From NCBI GenBank assembly GCA_036867785.1, contig CP145410.1, positions 682,001-746,000 of the forward strand: a stretch of 64,000 nt of DNA, given 5' to 3'. The notes under the pieces are model-generated. The model was not told where the DNA came from. It worked only from the letters and a program-made list of their open reading frames with translations, and did not search any database. The translations under genes were made by a program, and so were the position numbers. Shown here piece after piece: positions 25,046-37,322 of the stretch; the first letter of the stretch is position 1, and every line of letters starts with the position of its first letter. Source of the stretch: Plasmodiophora brassicae (Eukaryota).

Positions 25046-26519
25046 ATGGAGACCGTCTTCATCGTATGGACGGCTGTGCTGATTGTGCACCTCCCAGTGC
25101 TGGCGCTGCCGATGACGTACTGGCATTACTCGGACAGGGACCCGATCCGCTGCCAAGGGCCCACGACACTCCTGTACCAGAGCGTACTGACCGTGCTGTT
25201 CACATCAGATCAGATCGTGCGCTGCCTGGTATCCAGAATGGTGCCCGTGGCTCTCGAGGTCCCCTTCGGGCAGTCGCTCCTCGCCCTAATGGTCCTCAAC
25301 ATGCTCTTCTACGTCGTGCGTCTGTACGTGGCGTTCTCGAAGACGGCACAGCAGATCGCAGCCCATGAAACGATGACGTCGGCGACCTCGCCGTCGATGG
25401 TCGCCATGAAACGTCATACACAGGTATTGAATCTCCTGATCGACCGTAGGACCGCCGTGCTGTACACCTTGGGGCACCTGCTCCTCCAGAACTCCCTGCA
25501 GGTCACGTACATGCTTCTGTATCCCGGCCTGGCATGGTCATCGCTGTACGTAGCGGAGCAGGCCCGACCCGCCCAGTTCGACACGCTCCTGAATATCGGC
25601 CTTGTGCTGGACATGTTCCCCGTCATTGCGTTCATTGTCCTCGCCTGGAAACTTGTGCGTCCCTCCACCGTTGTACAATCAGCGTTGCATAGTTGACGTG
25701 ATCCATAGCGAGTGGTCGTCGACGCGTTCGGAATCAAATCCATGTCGGACGAATAGGAACGTTGTCGGCGCGCGTGCCCGTCTGACGAGACTGAATGGGT
25801 ACAGGTTGCGTAAGATCGGATGGTGCTCGCTGTTCGCGTTCACAGTCTACATCCTGACAACGCTCGTCCTGAACGCTGTCAGCGATCTGTACATTCCATA
25901 CATGATCAGCGTCTTCAACCTCGACATGTTCATGTATTTCGCGTTCATCCAGCCGGTATGTCGCGCGAGACGCTCGCCACCACATGGAAAGGCGCAGGAC
26001 GGTGTCCGGCCCAGTGAGCTCGCGCGAGGCACGGAAGAGTTTATCGAGTTCCTTCGTTCCCCGCCCTGCTTGGCCGCGTTCGAAAAGCACCTCGAGGCGG
26101 AATTCTGCATCGAATCGCTGCTGTTCTGGGCGGACGTCGAAGCGTTCCGTTCACTGCCACAGGCCGACATGGTGGTTGCCAGTGAAGTGATCTTCGACAA
26201 ATATCTTCGGGTGGATGCACCGTTCGGGGTCAACCTGCCAAGCCGGTGGCTGCACGAATTTCGAGACGTGATGTTCAACAACGGGAAGGTCGACGCGGAA
26301 GGCGCGCTGTCGGCCACCATGTTCGACGGTGCTGCCCAACAGATTGTGGAGCTCATGTACAGCAACTCGCTGGGCCGGTTCAAGGAGGCGCACTCTACCA
26401 TCTGGGGCGATTTCCAGCACGCTCGTCATGAGCGGAACGTCCTCGCGAAGCTCAACACGAACGTCACAGGCGCTAGCAGGCGCTCCGTGTCATCCACGAC
26501 GGAATCCTCTTCGACTTAA
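25046..26519 (+). CDS. 7TM-RGS protein, paralogue 1 (3 exons)
   Basis: Seven hydrophobic helices, a 35-nt exon at 25709-25743 (RVVVDAFGIKSM) and the RGS box FEKHLEAEFCIESLLFW...IFDKYLRVDAPFGVNL...MYSNSLGRF. Confidence 0.9.
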
Positions 26520-26730
26520 ACAGAACACACACTCTAGCCGATTCTGGGATAGACGCCCCAAGGCATGGTACCTTTGGATTGACGTGCTGAAAGGGCGGTA
26601 GCGTATGCAGGTGTAGATATTTGACGATGTACCACTCGGTCGATTGTGTTCGTGGACGCCCTTGTACCCCTGCCGTTGAGCACCGTCGGTGGGTGCCTCT
26701 CTTCAACGACGCCTCAGTGTCGTGGACGCC

Positions 26731-28232
26731 ATGGAGGTGATCTACGCCGTGTGGACCGTCGTACTCGTCCTACACCTTCCGATGCTGGCGCTACCGTTCA
26801 TGTACAGCGCTTGCTCGGACAGGGACCCGATTCGCTGCCAGGGGCCAGCCATGCTTCTGTACCAGAACGTGTTGACCGTCCTGTTCATATTCGAGCAGAT
26901 CCTGCGTTGCCTGCTCTCACGCGTGCTACCTGTGGCTGTTGAAGTCCTTCTCGGACAGTCGCTTCTCGCGTTGATGGTCGTAAACATGCTGTTCTACGTC
27001 GTGCGCCTGTATGTGGCCTTCTCCAAGACAGCAGAGCAGACTGCAGCGCATGACACGATAACGAGCATGACTTCGTCGCAGCTCCTGGCGATCAAACGTC
27101 GGATCCATCTCTTGAAGCTCCTGGTTGACCCGAAGACGGCCCGCATGTACACTGCCGGGCACCTGTTCCTTCAGATATTCCTTCAGGTCCTCTACCTGAT
27201 ACGGAACCCGGGTCTGGCCTGGACGACGCTGCACGAGGCGGAAACGGCTCGTGCCGATGACTTCAACACGTTCCTGAACATCGCAATCGTACTGGACCTG
27301 ATTCCCCTCATTGCGTTTATTGTTCTCGCCTGGAAGCTGGTAAGTTGCCCCCCGAGCCTGATGTCATGGCCCTCCTGAGCCATTGACATACCTGTTGTCG
27401 TGCAGCGCGTTGTGGTCGACGCTTTCGGAATCAAATCCATGTCAGCTAAATGCGCCATCGTGTGCAATGTGACCGACGTTTGTTGCACAGGTTGCGGAAG
27501 ACGGGGTGGTCGTCGCTGTTCGGCTTCATCGTCTATCTCCTGACGAAGGCCCCTCTGAACGCCATCAGCGACCTGTACATCCCTTACATGATCAGCGTCC
27601 TCAACCTGGACGTCTTCATGTACCTGGCGTTCGTGCAGCCGATGGCGCGCGCGAGGCGCTCGAGACCGTTCGGGAAGACGATCGACGGGACGGTGTCGGC
27701 GGATGCCGTCCGGGTCACCGATGAATTCGTCGAGTTCCTTCGTACGCCGCCCTGCTTCGCTGAGTTTAATAAGCACCTCGAGAAGGAGTTCTGCATCGAG
27801 TCGTTGCTGTTCTGGGCCGACGTCGAGGCGTTCCGCGTGATGGCCAGAGCGGATATGGCGGCGGCCAGCGAGGCCATCTTCGACAAGTACCTGCGGGTGG
27901 ATGCGCCCTTCGAGGTCAACCTGTCCAGCAAGTGGTTGCGTGAATTTCGAGATGTGCTGTTCGTCGACGGCAAAGTCGACGTGGAACGGACGCTGTCGGC
28001 GACCATGTTCGATGGCGCCGCCAACCAGATGCTGACCCTGATGCGGGTCAACTCGCTGCAGCGATTCAAGGACGCGCACCCGGCCATCTGGAGCGACTTC
28101 CAGTACGCTCGCCGCGAGCGCAACGTCCTCGACAAGCTCAACAGTCACGTCACCACGAACAACAAGAGGACGTCGTCGATCAGTACGGCCGTAACGGCCG
28201 CCGGCATTCATGTCAATCAGACTCTGGCTTGA
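26731..28232 (+). CDS. 7TM-RGS protein, paralogue 2 (3 exons)
   Basis: Same architecture as paralogue 1; micro-exon 27406-27440; RGS box EFCIESLLFW...APFEVNLSS...MRVNSLQRF. Confidence 0.9.
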
Positions 28233-28520
28233 ATGGTTCCTGGCGCGCGACGTCCAGTTGTACGTAGCCTTGGCCAGCGCCTACGTAACTGACCGATACG
28301 GGCCCACAGGAATGTCAATGACTAAAACCTTGTGTGCCTGGACGCTATCGGCAGCAGTGTTACGAAAGGCCTGTTTAGGCAGATTACCACCCACACAGTG
28401 CACAATGGGATCGAATGGCGTACGATCGTGACCAGTTCAGCAAGTGGGCGCTAGCGTACCGTTCGCGATCAAGGGCGCCCTTGGACCCCTTATGGTCGGG
28501 GAACAACGTTGCCCGACGCC

Positions 28521-30010
28521 ATGGAGATGCTCTACGTCGTCTGGACGGCGGTGTTGGTCGTGCACCTCCCGTTGCTAGCGCTGCCGTGGATGTACAGGCA
28601 TTACTCGGACAGGGACCCCATTCGCTGCCAGGGGCCCACGACGCTGCTGTTCCAGAACGTGGCAACGGTGGTGCTGACGTTCGAGCAGATCCTGCGTGCC
28701 CTGCTCTCCAGAGTGCTGCCTGTGGCTGTCGAGGTGCTCTTGTCGGAGACGATCCTCGCGGTACTGGTCACCCATTTCCTGTTCTACGTCGTGCGTCTCT
28801 ATGCGGCCTTCTCGAAGACGGCAGAGCAGATCGCGATGCATGAAACGATGGCGACGGTGGCCCCCTCGCAGCTGTCGACAATGAGCCGTCGCATCCGATT
28901 CCTGAAGATCCTGAACAGCCCGTCCACCGCACGCCTGTACATCATCGCCCATGTCACCGTACAGAACGTCCTTCAGATCGTATACATGCACCAGCACGCC
29001 GGCCTGGCCTGGCTGACGCTCCATGAGGCGGAAACGACTCGTACCGACGAGTTCGGCACGCTGGCGAACATCGCCGTTTTCCTGGACCTGATCCCCGTCA
29101 TCGCGTTCACCGTCCTCGCCTGGAAGATGGTACGGTCCACGCCTTGCTGCGATTCGGTTCCACGTCAGATCAGCTGAACCTCGGGACAGCGCGTTGTCGT
29201 CGATGCGTTCGGAATCAAACCAATGTCGGGGGGCGATGCCGCCGTTCGCACCATGGGCGGGACAGTGCTGAACCTGTGTCGTACAGGTTGCGGAAGGTGG
29301 GATGGTGTACGCTGGTCGCAATCACCGTCTTCATCTCGACGAAGGACGCCCTGAACGCCGCCAGCGACCTCTACATCCCCTACATGGTCACCGTCAGCGC
29401 CCTGGACCTGTGCCTATATTTCCTGTTCATTCAGCCGGTGCTCCTGGCGCGGCGATCGCCGCCGCGACCCGGGTCGTCTAGCGACAACGTCATCCAGGTC
29501 GAGTCGGCTGGAGGCGGCGTCGACGAGTTTATCGAGTTCCTGCGTACACCGTCCTGCTTTGCTGCGTTCAAGCGACATCTCGAGACGGAATTCAGCATCG
29601 AGTCACTGCTGTTCTGGGCCGACGTCGACGCGTTCCGTTCGCTGCCGAAGGCGCAGATGACGGCCGCCAGTGAGGCCATCTTCGACAAATACCTTCGGGT
29701 CGATGCCCCCTTCGAGATCAACCTGCCGAGCAAGTCGTTGCGCCAGTTCCGAGACGTGCTGTTCAACAAGGGCAAGGTCGATGTGGGCAGGGCGCTGTCG
29801 GACACCATGTTCGATGCGGCTGCCCGCGAGATGCTGAGCCTGATGCGAACCGGGTCGCTGCCCCGGTTCCAGGAGACGAACCCGAACATTTGGAGCGATT
29901 TCCAGTACGCGATTCGCGAGCGCCACATCCTCAGCAAGCTGAACGCGCACGACACCACCGCCAGCCGCTGGTCGTCCTCCACAGCGGATGCATCCGTCAT
30001 ACACTTTTAA
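28521..30010 (+). CDS. 7TM-RGS protein, paralogue 3 (3 exons)
   Basis: Same architecture; micro-exon 29190-29224; RGS box EFSIESLLFW...APFEINLPS...MRTGSLPRF. Confidence 0.9.
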
Positions 30011-30167
30011 CACCCAGAGCGACCAGGTCTCGACGTAGGCTCTGGATATGACACCCAGCGCAAGGGTCTTCGTCGACGACGGAAACGTCTGATGTTGTTC
30101 ATTTCTAGTAGGAACACATCAAGGGCGACGATTTCTTTGGCACATTGTCAAGGAAGGCCGGCATCGT

Positions 30168-31663
30168 CTAGAATTCTCCAGCTGTGAACACCTTTGCATA
30201 ATACGGGTTGATGTACGGGTTGTGCAATTCGTAGATCGTGCAGCAGGCGGCAGCGGCCGGGTCACCGCTCGACGACAGGCTGCCCAGGTAGATTTCGTTG
30301 CCTGGGAAAGCGTTCCCGTCCCAGGCGTACGTGCTGAACAGCAGCACGTCCTCGTCGTCAACGTCGCACAGAGGGGACGCCGGATCTCGTTCCGAGAATT
30401 GAATCTGGACAGCGTTCCCGTTCGGCGCCTGAAACGTGCCGCCGTTGCTTACGTCGCCGCACGTCGCCGGTGATAACTTGAACCAGGCGAAATCGACGAT
30501 GGCGACGTTCGGATAAGCGACTCGCTGGAGAACATCGGCGACGGCGTCAACGAACCATCTGGTCTGCCAGCCATGGACCTTCCAGACACCCAGGCCCAAT
30601 CCGACCAGGTGTACATAGGCGCGCTTTCCTGCCGACAGCGCCCGATCGTTCGCGTCGGCGAACGCCGTCTCCAACGTGATCGTGATTCGCTTCTTGAAGA
30701 TGTCGGCATCGAAGAAGTTGGGCCCGAGACGGCTGAAGCGCTCCGATCCAGCCTCGAACGCGTGGCGAGCCTCCTCGTGCGTCGGGAACGAAGGCGTTCC
30801 GTAGAACCACGCCCAGATGGCTCGCAGGCCTTCATCGTACTTAGGCTTGCCCTTTGGGCGCCGCACGACGATGAACTGCGATTCCATGCGATCTGGGTGG
30901 TGGAAGCGGCACCCACCTGGAACAAGTCGTGTCAGTTCTGGGAACGAGGTGCGGGGGTTCGGTGATGACGCACAGAGGCCGATGACAACGCCATGTGAGA
31001 TGTACGAGCACGATGGCCCGCGCTTGCCTTCATTGTACCGGCCGCCGCTGTTGATGAATGTCGTCGGTGACGACACGCCGATCATCGCGCTGATCGCCAT
31101 CTCGTCGTATGACAGGTACGACGCCATTTGAATCGACGACTGCTTCTCTTCTGCCGTCCCGACTAACTTCCTGTCGTCGTTGTTAGCTGGCGTTCGTCCC
31201 GACCGTCATGGCGCGCCTCCTACCAGTCGGATCCCTTGGGGCGTATCTCGGTCCGAAGAAGCGTTCTGTCAGACGGACCTAGAAACGACAATGGGCGCTT
31301 GCAGATCAGCCGTGCAATGAATTCCGGCCGGGTCATGTTCCGGTAAATGTCCTGTTCCACCGCGGTTCCATGCAGGCGTTTGTACTCCAGGAACCGGTCG
31401 ATGAATTCCAGGACGCGTGCATGAACGACTACGCGCGTCGCGGCCGCATGCTGATCATGCGGCTCATCGGGCAGGTTCACCATCAGGTTGTCCTGCACCG
31501 GGCTCGGATGCAATTCGTGGAAACGTCTCGCATTGGACAGAAGCAGGTCGAGAGACGGCGACGATTCCGGGTCTGGCGGAGGCAGATCGGGCAACGCGTC
31601 TGGCTCCATGGGCTCGCGTCGTCGTCGTATCTTCATGGCATCGGCCGTTTCGGAGACTGACAT
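30168..31663 (-). CDS. DUF4804/MavL-like macrodomain protein (putative ADP-ribosylhydrolase), multi-exon
   Basis: Motifs FLEYKRLHGTAVEQDIY..MTRPEFIARLICKRPLSF, YLSYDEMAISAMIGVSSPTTFINSGGRYN, YVHLVGLGLGVW and YAWDGNAFPGNEIYLGSLSSSGDPAAA..IYELHNPYINP match my recollection of DUF4804. Confidence 0.75.
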
Positions 31664-31682
31664 TTGCACGAGACGTACGCCC

Positions 31683-34425
31683 TTATTGCGATCTGTCGTT
31701 CAGAGCCACTGGGCTCCAAGGGCGAGACCTCAACCGCGCGAATTCCTGTTTGCCAAATTTAGAAGAGCGATGGTTCTTCGAAGCCGAGCGGGCGGCACAG
31801 CTAGCGCCTACCTGTTGACCAGTGACGAGAAGCTGGACGAGCTGCTTGTGGCGGTTGTACTCGTCGACACGGGCGCGGTGGCCGACGTCGAACGCGGCCA
31901 TGGCTTGCTGGCGCTGGATCTCCATCTGGGCATCCAGCTCACGAGACGTCTGCAGCCGTGCCCGAGACGACCCAGGTGCGATCGCCCACTGACGCCCGTT
32001 GCGGATGAACTCGTGGACCGTCATCGCATTGAACACCTTCGTGTGCCGGCGTCGATGGAACGCCCTGGCAGACTTTGGCGGGATCGGCGGGAGTGATGCC
32101 CTGTTCGGCAGGGCGTCGTTGTCGTCGTTGTCGATGCGAAGTTTGCCGAGGTCCACACTGATCGAGCTTCTGGAAATGCGCCTGATGTACTTAGTCGTGT
32201 CGTCCGCGTCGGCCCCGTTTCGCAGTCGCCTCGAAAATGACAGCAATCGCAGGCGAGGCGTATGCAATTCGTCAGAGCACGCCGATGAGGAGTCGAACGA
32301 CAACACCCGATGTCGAAGATGTCGGCGACCGCAGTCGATGAACGCTTCAGCCGACATAGCCGTTGCCAGCATCGCCATCCATGTCTTCTGGATCGTTTCC
32401 CGACGCTGTGCGCTTGTGAACGGCATCTCCTGGAGCCCTTTGTTCCTCTGAACAGCCATCATCCGTCAATGAAACAGCCTGAAAGGCATTGGAAGGCGGC
32501 CGACCTGAATCCTTTCTCTGCGGATCTTTGCTAGTCGGGTGAGAAACTCGGTCCAGCGTTGAGGATCCGCCTTGATCTCCTCGATGCGATCGTGGAGGTG
32601 TCGTTTCAGTGTCTGTGGGGCGCCAAGCACCCCGCGCAGGCCGTCATCGTCGTTGTGGAGCATCTGCGCCCGCAACATCGATAAACAGGTCACTTCGGCG
32701 CTCACGTTCACGACCGTGACCAGCAGCGACTTGCACGTGGCGAAAGCGGTTAGGTCCACCTTGACGAACGTCCGCGATGATGGGGACGTTCTCCAGGTTG
32801 CCAATTCCGTTGTTGTTGGCCACTGGCGCCTGTCGGGCGTCCTGCTCATGCATGGCGCGATAAGGAGGCGGGCGGCACCTTGACGACAGTTCAGCGAGAA
32901 GCGCGCGGCACTGGGGCGCTTATCTCCAATCGGCATCTGAATCAGGACGGCGCCGTCGGGCGCGATGATGACACGGACACGATCGGTCATGACCTGGATG
33001 GGCAAGTCACCACCGCCGACTCGGGCGGCCATATGGAACAGGCCATCGGAGACCTGACGCATCAGGCCGTTCCACTGCGACTGTTGTGAACGTCGATCGG
33101 GCCACACGATATCCCCCTGGCAGTGCGCCGTTCGACACGCCTGGAACGTTCCCATCTCGTCGGCGTTCCTCTGACGGGTCAGCGTTCCCAGTTCAGACTG
33201 CAGAGATACAGGCAGCGGTCGTATGCCGCTTGGCACTGCTTTCAGCGACTCATTGTCATCTCGTTTGCCCTCCTCTAGATCTCCCCATTCGCCTTCGGCA
33301 TCGCTTTCGTCAGTGACCCTAAATTCGTATTCTTCCTCATCGTCCGGGTCGGGGTTCGTTGCCGCCAGTAAAGTGTCATCGGTGACGGTATCGGGTTGTG
33401 CCGGCGCACCGGTCTGATCCTGGCTTGGAGTTGAAGACAGTGCTGCGGCCATTGAGGGAGCGCGCGTCAATTCTGATCGGGGCGTCGATCCGCTCGCAAT
33501 GCTGGCGTAACGCAACGTGTCGCGGCGCAGGACCTTATGGCAGATGTCGCTAAGTAACTCGTTGGACATCGACAGGAGGTCGTTGACGGTAGCATCGTCC
33601 ACCACGGCCGCATCGATCGTCGACGTCGCCTTCATCTCGAACGTTCCCTGCAGGTACGAACATACGATCTCGCCGATATCCTTGATATCCGGTTCAGCGA
33701 TCGCCCGGTCCTGTCACTCATTTCAGGGCAAGGAACGGTTGACCAGACATTCTGCATCTGTCTTCATTATGGCCCAGTTCGCTGTCGTCTCATTCGCCAC
33801 GCGCGAAACGGTTCCTGAGGGTAGTCCTTCTTCAGGCAGCATTTCGTGAACCCCAGTCGCTCGTAAAGGCGAATGGCATTGGCGTTGCCGTCGAGGACAT
33901 GCAGACGAACTTCCTGACAGCCGACCCGTTCATTGCAGGCGTCAACAACGTGCTGTATCAGGCGTGTGCCGATGCCCCGCGTGCGATACCGCTTCTGGAC
34001 GGCGACAAAGAACAGGTCAAGGTAATCGGCCTTCGCCCGGCGTCGCCCGCCGCCAGTTCTCGCGCATCCGCACCGATGGTGGACGAAGATGACGAACCCT
34101 ATCGCCGATCGCGACTCGACGTCTTCGGCAACAGCGCACTCCCAGCTTTTGAACGCCTGCCGCTCTGGATCCTGCCAGGGCCGTCACGAAACATATTGCC
34201 CTGCGACATCGCCGCCATACCAATCGTTTCGCGAGCAATTCCCGCCCATACGGCTCGACCGACGACCCGCACAGGTCCGCCGTCATCTCCTCGTCTGCCC
34301 TTCCCCGTCAGCGCATGACACGTCCGGAGGAGCCGTGGCCCGCACGTACCCAGGGCGACGAGCGCATTCAGATCGTCCGGGGAGAACGCGCGCAGCGCAA
34401 CAACGGCCTTCGCAATCACATCCAT
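31683..34425 (-). CDS. Hypothetical multi-exon protein (5' structure uncertain)
   Basis: Long ORFs 31683-32462 and 32466-33635 can be joined by a GT-AG intron near 32448-32504. A possible first exon is MDVIAKAVVAL at 34425. No family recognised. Confidence 0.4.
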
Positions 34426-34669
34426 CAGTGACCTGTCGCTGCAACGCGCCGCACCATTGTCAAATGCAGTGGCGCGTACGTTGTAACACTGTGCGCGAAT
34501 GATCGGCGATTGCAGTCAACAGTCGCGACTCGGTACTGTACAGGTACAGATATAGTACGTACTATAGACTATTAACCAGGGGGTGGCGCACGGACGGGTG
34601 ACGGTGGGCGCTCTGTGAAGAACAGCGGTCGTCGCGAACCGGGTTGGTCTGGGCGCGCGACGATCGACC

Positions 34670-37018
34670 ATGGCCGACGAGTCGCTGGTGGCAGCCGGCA
34701 GCGATCGGGCGCAGAAGCTGGCGCAGCATTTGGAGAATCGCCCGACGCCCGAGACGCTCGTCGAGCACAACATTCTCAAGTGTACGTCATGGCGACGACC
34801 GACCGTCGAATGATGCGTGTGACTTTTCATCGTGGGGTAGCGTTTCGTGCCGACCCCAGCCTGCACGAGGTCATGCAGGCGCTCATCAGGACGAGACGGG
34901 AGAGCGAGCTGGGGACGCTGCTGAAACGACGTCGGTCCTTGCAGGACCTGATCGACAAGAACATTATCGTGGCAGGGCCGCCCGGTTCGCCCAACATGCG
35001 AAACGCCAGACAGAAGCTGTTGAAACACCTTCAGCGCAGCCAGCTGAGCAACTTCCTCGTCAACCGCCCATCGCTTGTCGAGGTCGCCAAGCTGAACGTT
35101 CTGGAAGGTCGTCCCCCCTCCCCCCTCACGGGCCGCCAGCAATGCACCTCCTGACGATCGGTGTACAGATACGTTGATTTGGACGCGGGTTCAGCAGTCG
35201 GGCACGATACCATCGCCGAGGAACTGTGGCATGCTGACTGCCATCGACGATAATATCTACCTGACAGGCGGGTTCTGTGCTGAGCACCGTGCCGGGATGT
35301 CGTCAGCGGAGCTGTTATCCTACAATCTGCCCACCGAGACATGGTCACGACCATTATGTGCAGGTAAGGGACGCGCGTCGTGCATCACAGGACCTTCTCT
35401 GAGGTGCAGATCCAGGGTCGATTCCCTGCAGTCGGTTTGCACATTCGAGTTCTGTAGTGGGCAAACAGCTCGTCGTGTTTGGAGGATGCACCGGTGATGG
35501 CCGATGGCTGAACGACGTCCATGTTCTGGATACCGAATTCGAGCAGCCGTTCGTCTCCAAATCCGCAGTATGTCCTTGTTCTCTGCCGTATGGCTCCGTT
35601 GAGAGAGGCCAACGCTGGCATAGGCTGCGAAGCATACGTGGAAGCAACTGTCACCACAGACCATGTTCCTGTGGTATGCTCCAGAGACGTCAGGCGCCAA
35701 GCCATGTGCTAGAGCGGCGCATACGGCAACGACAATTGGGACTCAGATCGTGGTCTTTGGCGGCAACGATGGCGTCCGACTGTAACCGTGTATCTCGTCT
35801 TGCAGTGGATATGACCCTCATTGTCCATCCAGGTTTAACGATATCCACATTCTGGAAGTGGAGACGATGGGCTGGTCGAAGCCGAAAGTTCGAGGGACAC
35901 CGCCGACGCCTAGAGCAGGACACGCCGCCGCTCTTGTGGACGGTCACCTGTTATTCGTGTTCGGAGGAGGATCTGCCCACGGCCCTACCAATTCCATACA
36001 TGTCCTCGATCTGGAGACGTTAACTTGGACAGACCCGCAAGTGTCTGGCACGCCCCCGAGCCCGCGTCTGGGGCACAGCATGCACGTAAGCCCGGTGGAG
36101 GTTGTAATGAACCGCACCTCTCCGTTCTGATGTTTACGTCAGGTCGTTCTGGGGCCGCGTCCTCAACTGTTGGTTTTCGGTGGCGGCACGGTTGACAAGC
36201 TCTACGACGACCTGCATGTGTTTGACTGTGCAACCGGTGTCTGGTCAAGACCCAGGGACACAGGAAGCGGTTGGTAACGCAGTCGACACGCTGGCATCGG
36301 GTCTGACAGAATGATTCTTATATCAGTGCCTGCCGCGAGAACGGGGCATGCGAGTTGCCTGTTAAGGGACCCTGTATCGAACCGCGAGTCGCTGTATTTC
36401 TTTGGCGGCGCGGGCAACCAAGGTCAACTGTTCAACGATTTCTACCTGTTAGACTGCGCCTTCTTCAATGAGCAAAGGTAAGGGTTCTCCGGAAGGCGGA
36501 AGTATGTCTTCCTCATGCGTTAACAGCCTAAGCACTCCGTCTCGCACGACGCCTGGATATGATGCTGAAGCCAAACAGGTTGTATACGAGGACAGCGAAG
36601 ACGTACCAGCAGAAAATGCCAGCCTTGCAGTGGAATGGAACGCACGGGTACGGCCGTACTACGCCTCTGGAAACGCTCATACCGAATGTACAGTGCAGGT
36701 GGAAGATACGAGAAGCAGAATAGAGGACCTGCTGGCAGGTGTTAAAAGGAGAATGCATCTTGTCCAAGACCAGGCTGTTGCTCGAGAGCGTCAAATGGCC
36801 GAAGCCATGCAGGTACGTGAGACCGTTACGGTCCTCCTCCAGTTCGTAACTGAGCAGAACGACAGAGATCGTTGGACGATCTCCGCGCTGAGGTCGATGC
36901 AATCTCAGCATGCGTCAGCAATGAGCTCAATGGCTTACTGCACAACGTGTCCCCGGCGGAAGACGATGGGAAGGAATCCGGAGAGGATGGCCCTACCGAC
37001 AATAACACCTACTGCTAG
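34670..37018 (+). CDS. Triple RPEL-repeat + Kelch beta-propeller + coiled-coil protein, multi-exon
   Basis: RPEL-like motifs LAQHLENRPTPETLVEHNILK, LGTLLKRRRSLQDLIDKNII and LSNFLVNRPSLVEVAKLNVL. Kelch blades PSPR..IYLTGG, LVVFGG..WLNDVHVLDT, PTPRAGHAA..LFVFGG and PSPRLGHSM. The C-terminal coil ends NNTYC*. Confidence 0.82.
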
Positions 37019-37322
37019 TAACTCCCGCCCATATTGCTGCTTGACCTATTTTCATTACAATCTGTTTGAACCTGGATACTTACAACGGTCATCTACCGTG
37101 TCAGACGTCAGCCATGCATCAGCGCATGTGGAAGTTTGCTGATCAACGCCCGCGGCGAGGGGAGTTTATTCTGATGCCGTACTTGCCGAATTGGAACTTC
37201 GAAGGGAGTTCAAAACGTTCCACCAGAGCGTCTACAGCGGACGCGACGTCCACCGATTCTGGGAGCGGCCGGTGGAACGCCGTTGTTCTGCGTTTCCTCC
37301 GCAGGTTCCGCGCCGTGGAACG

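Noticed and set aside
27192-28211. 339-aa minus-strand ORF and similar ORFs opposite the RGS genes
   Set aside because: These are antisense shadows of the 7TM-RGS coding sequences.
33500-33800. Possible degenerate cyclic-nucleotide-binding motif (DIGEIVCSY..FEMKATSTIDAAVVD)
   Set aside because: The resemblance is too weak to call without a profile search.
33899-34318. 139-aa plus-strand ORF
   Set aside because: It has no motifs and probably overlaps the 5' exons of the minus-strand hypothetical gene, so I cannot support it.
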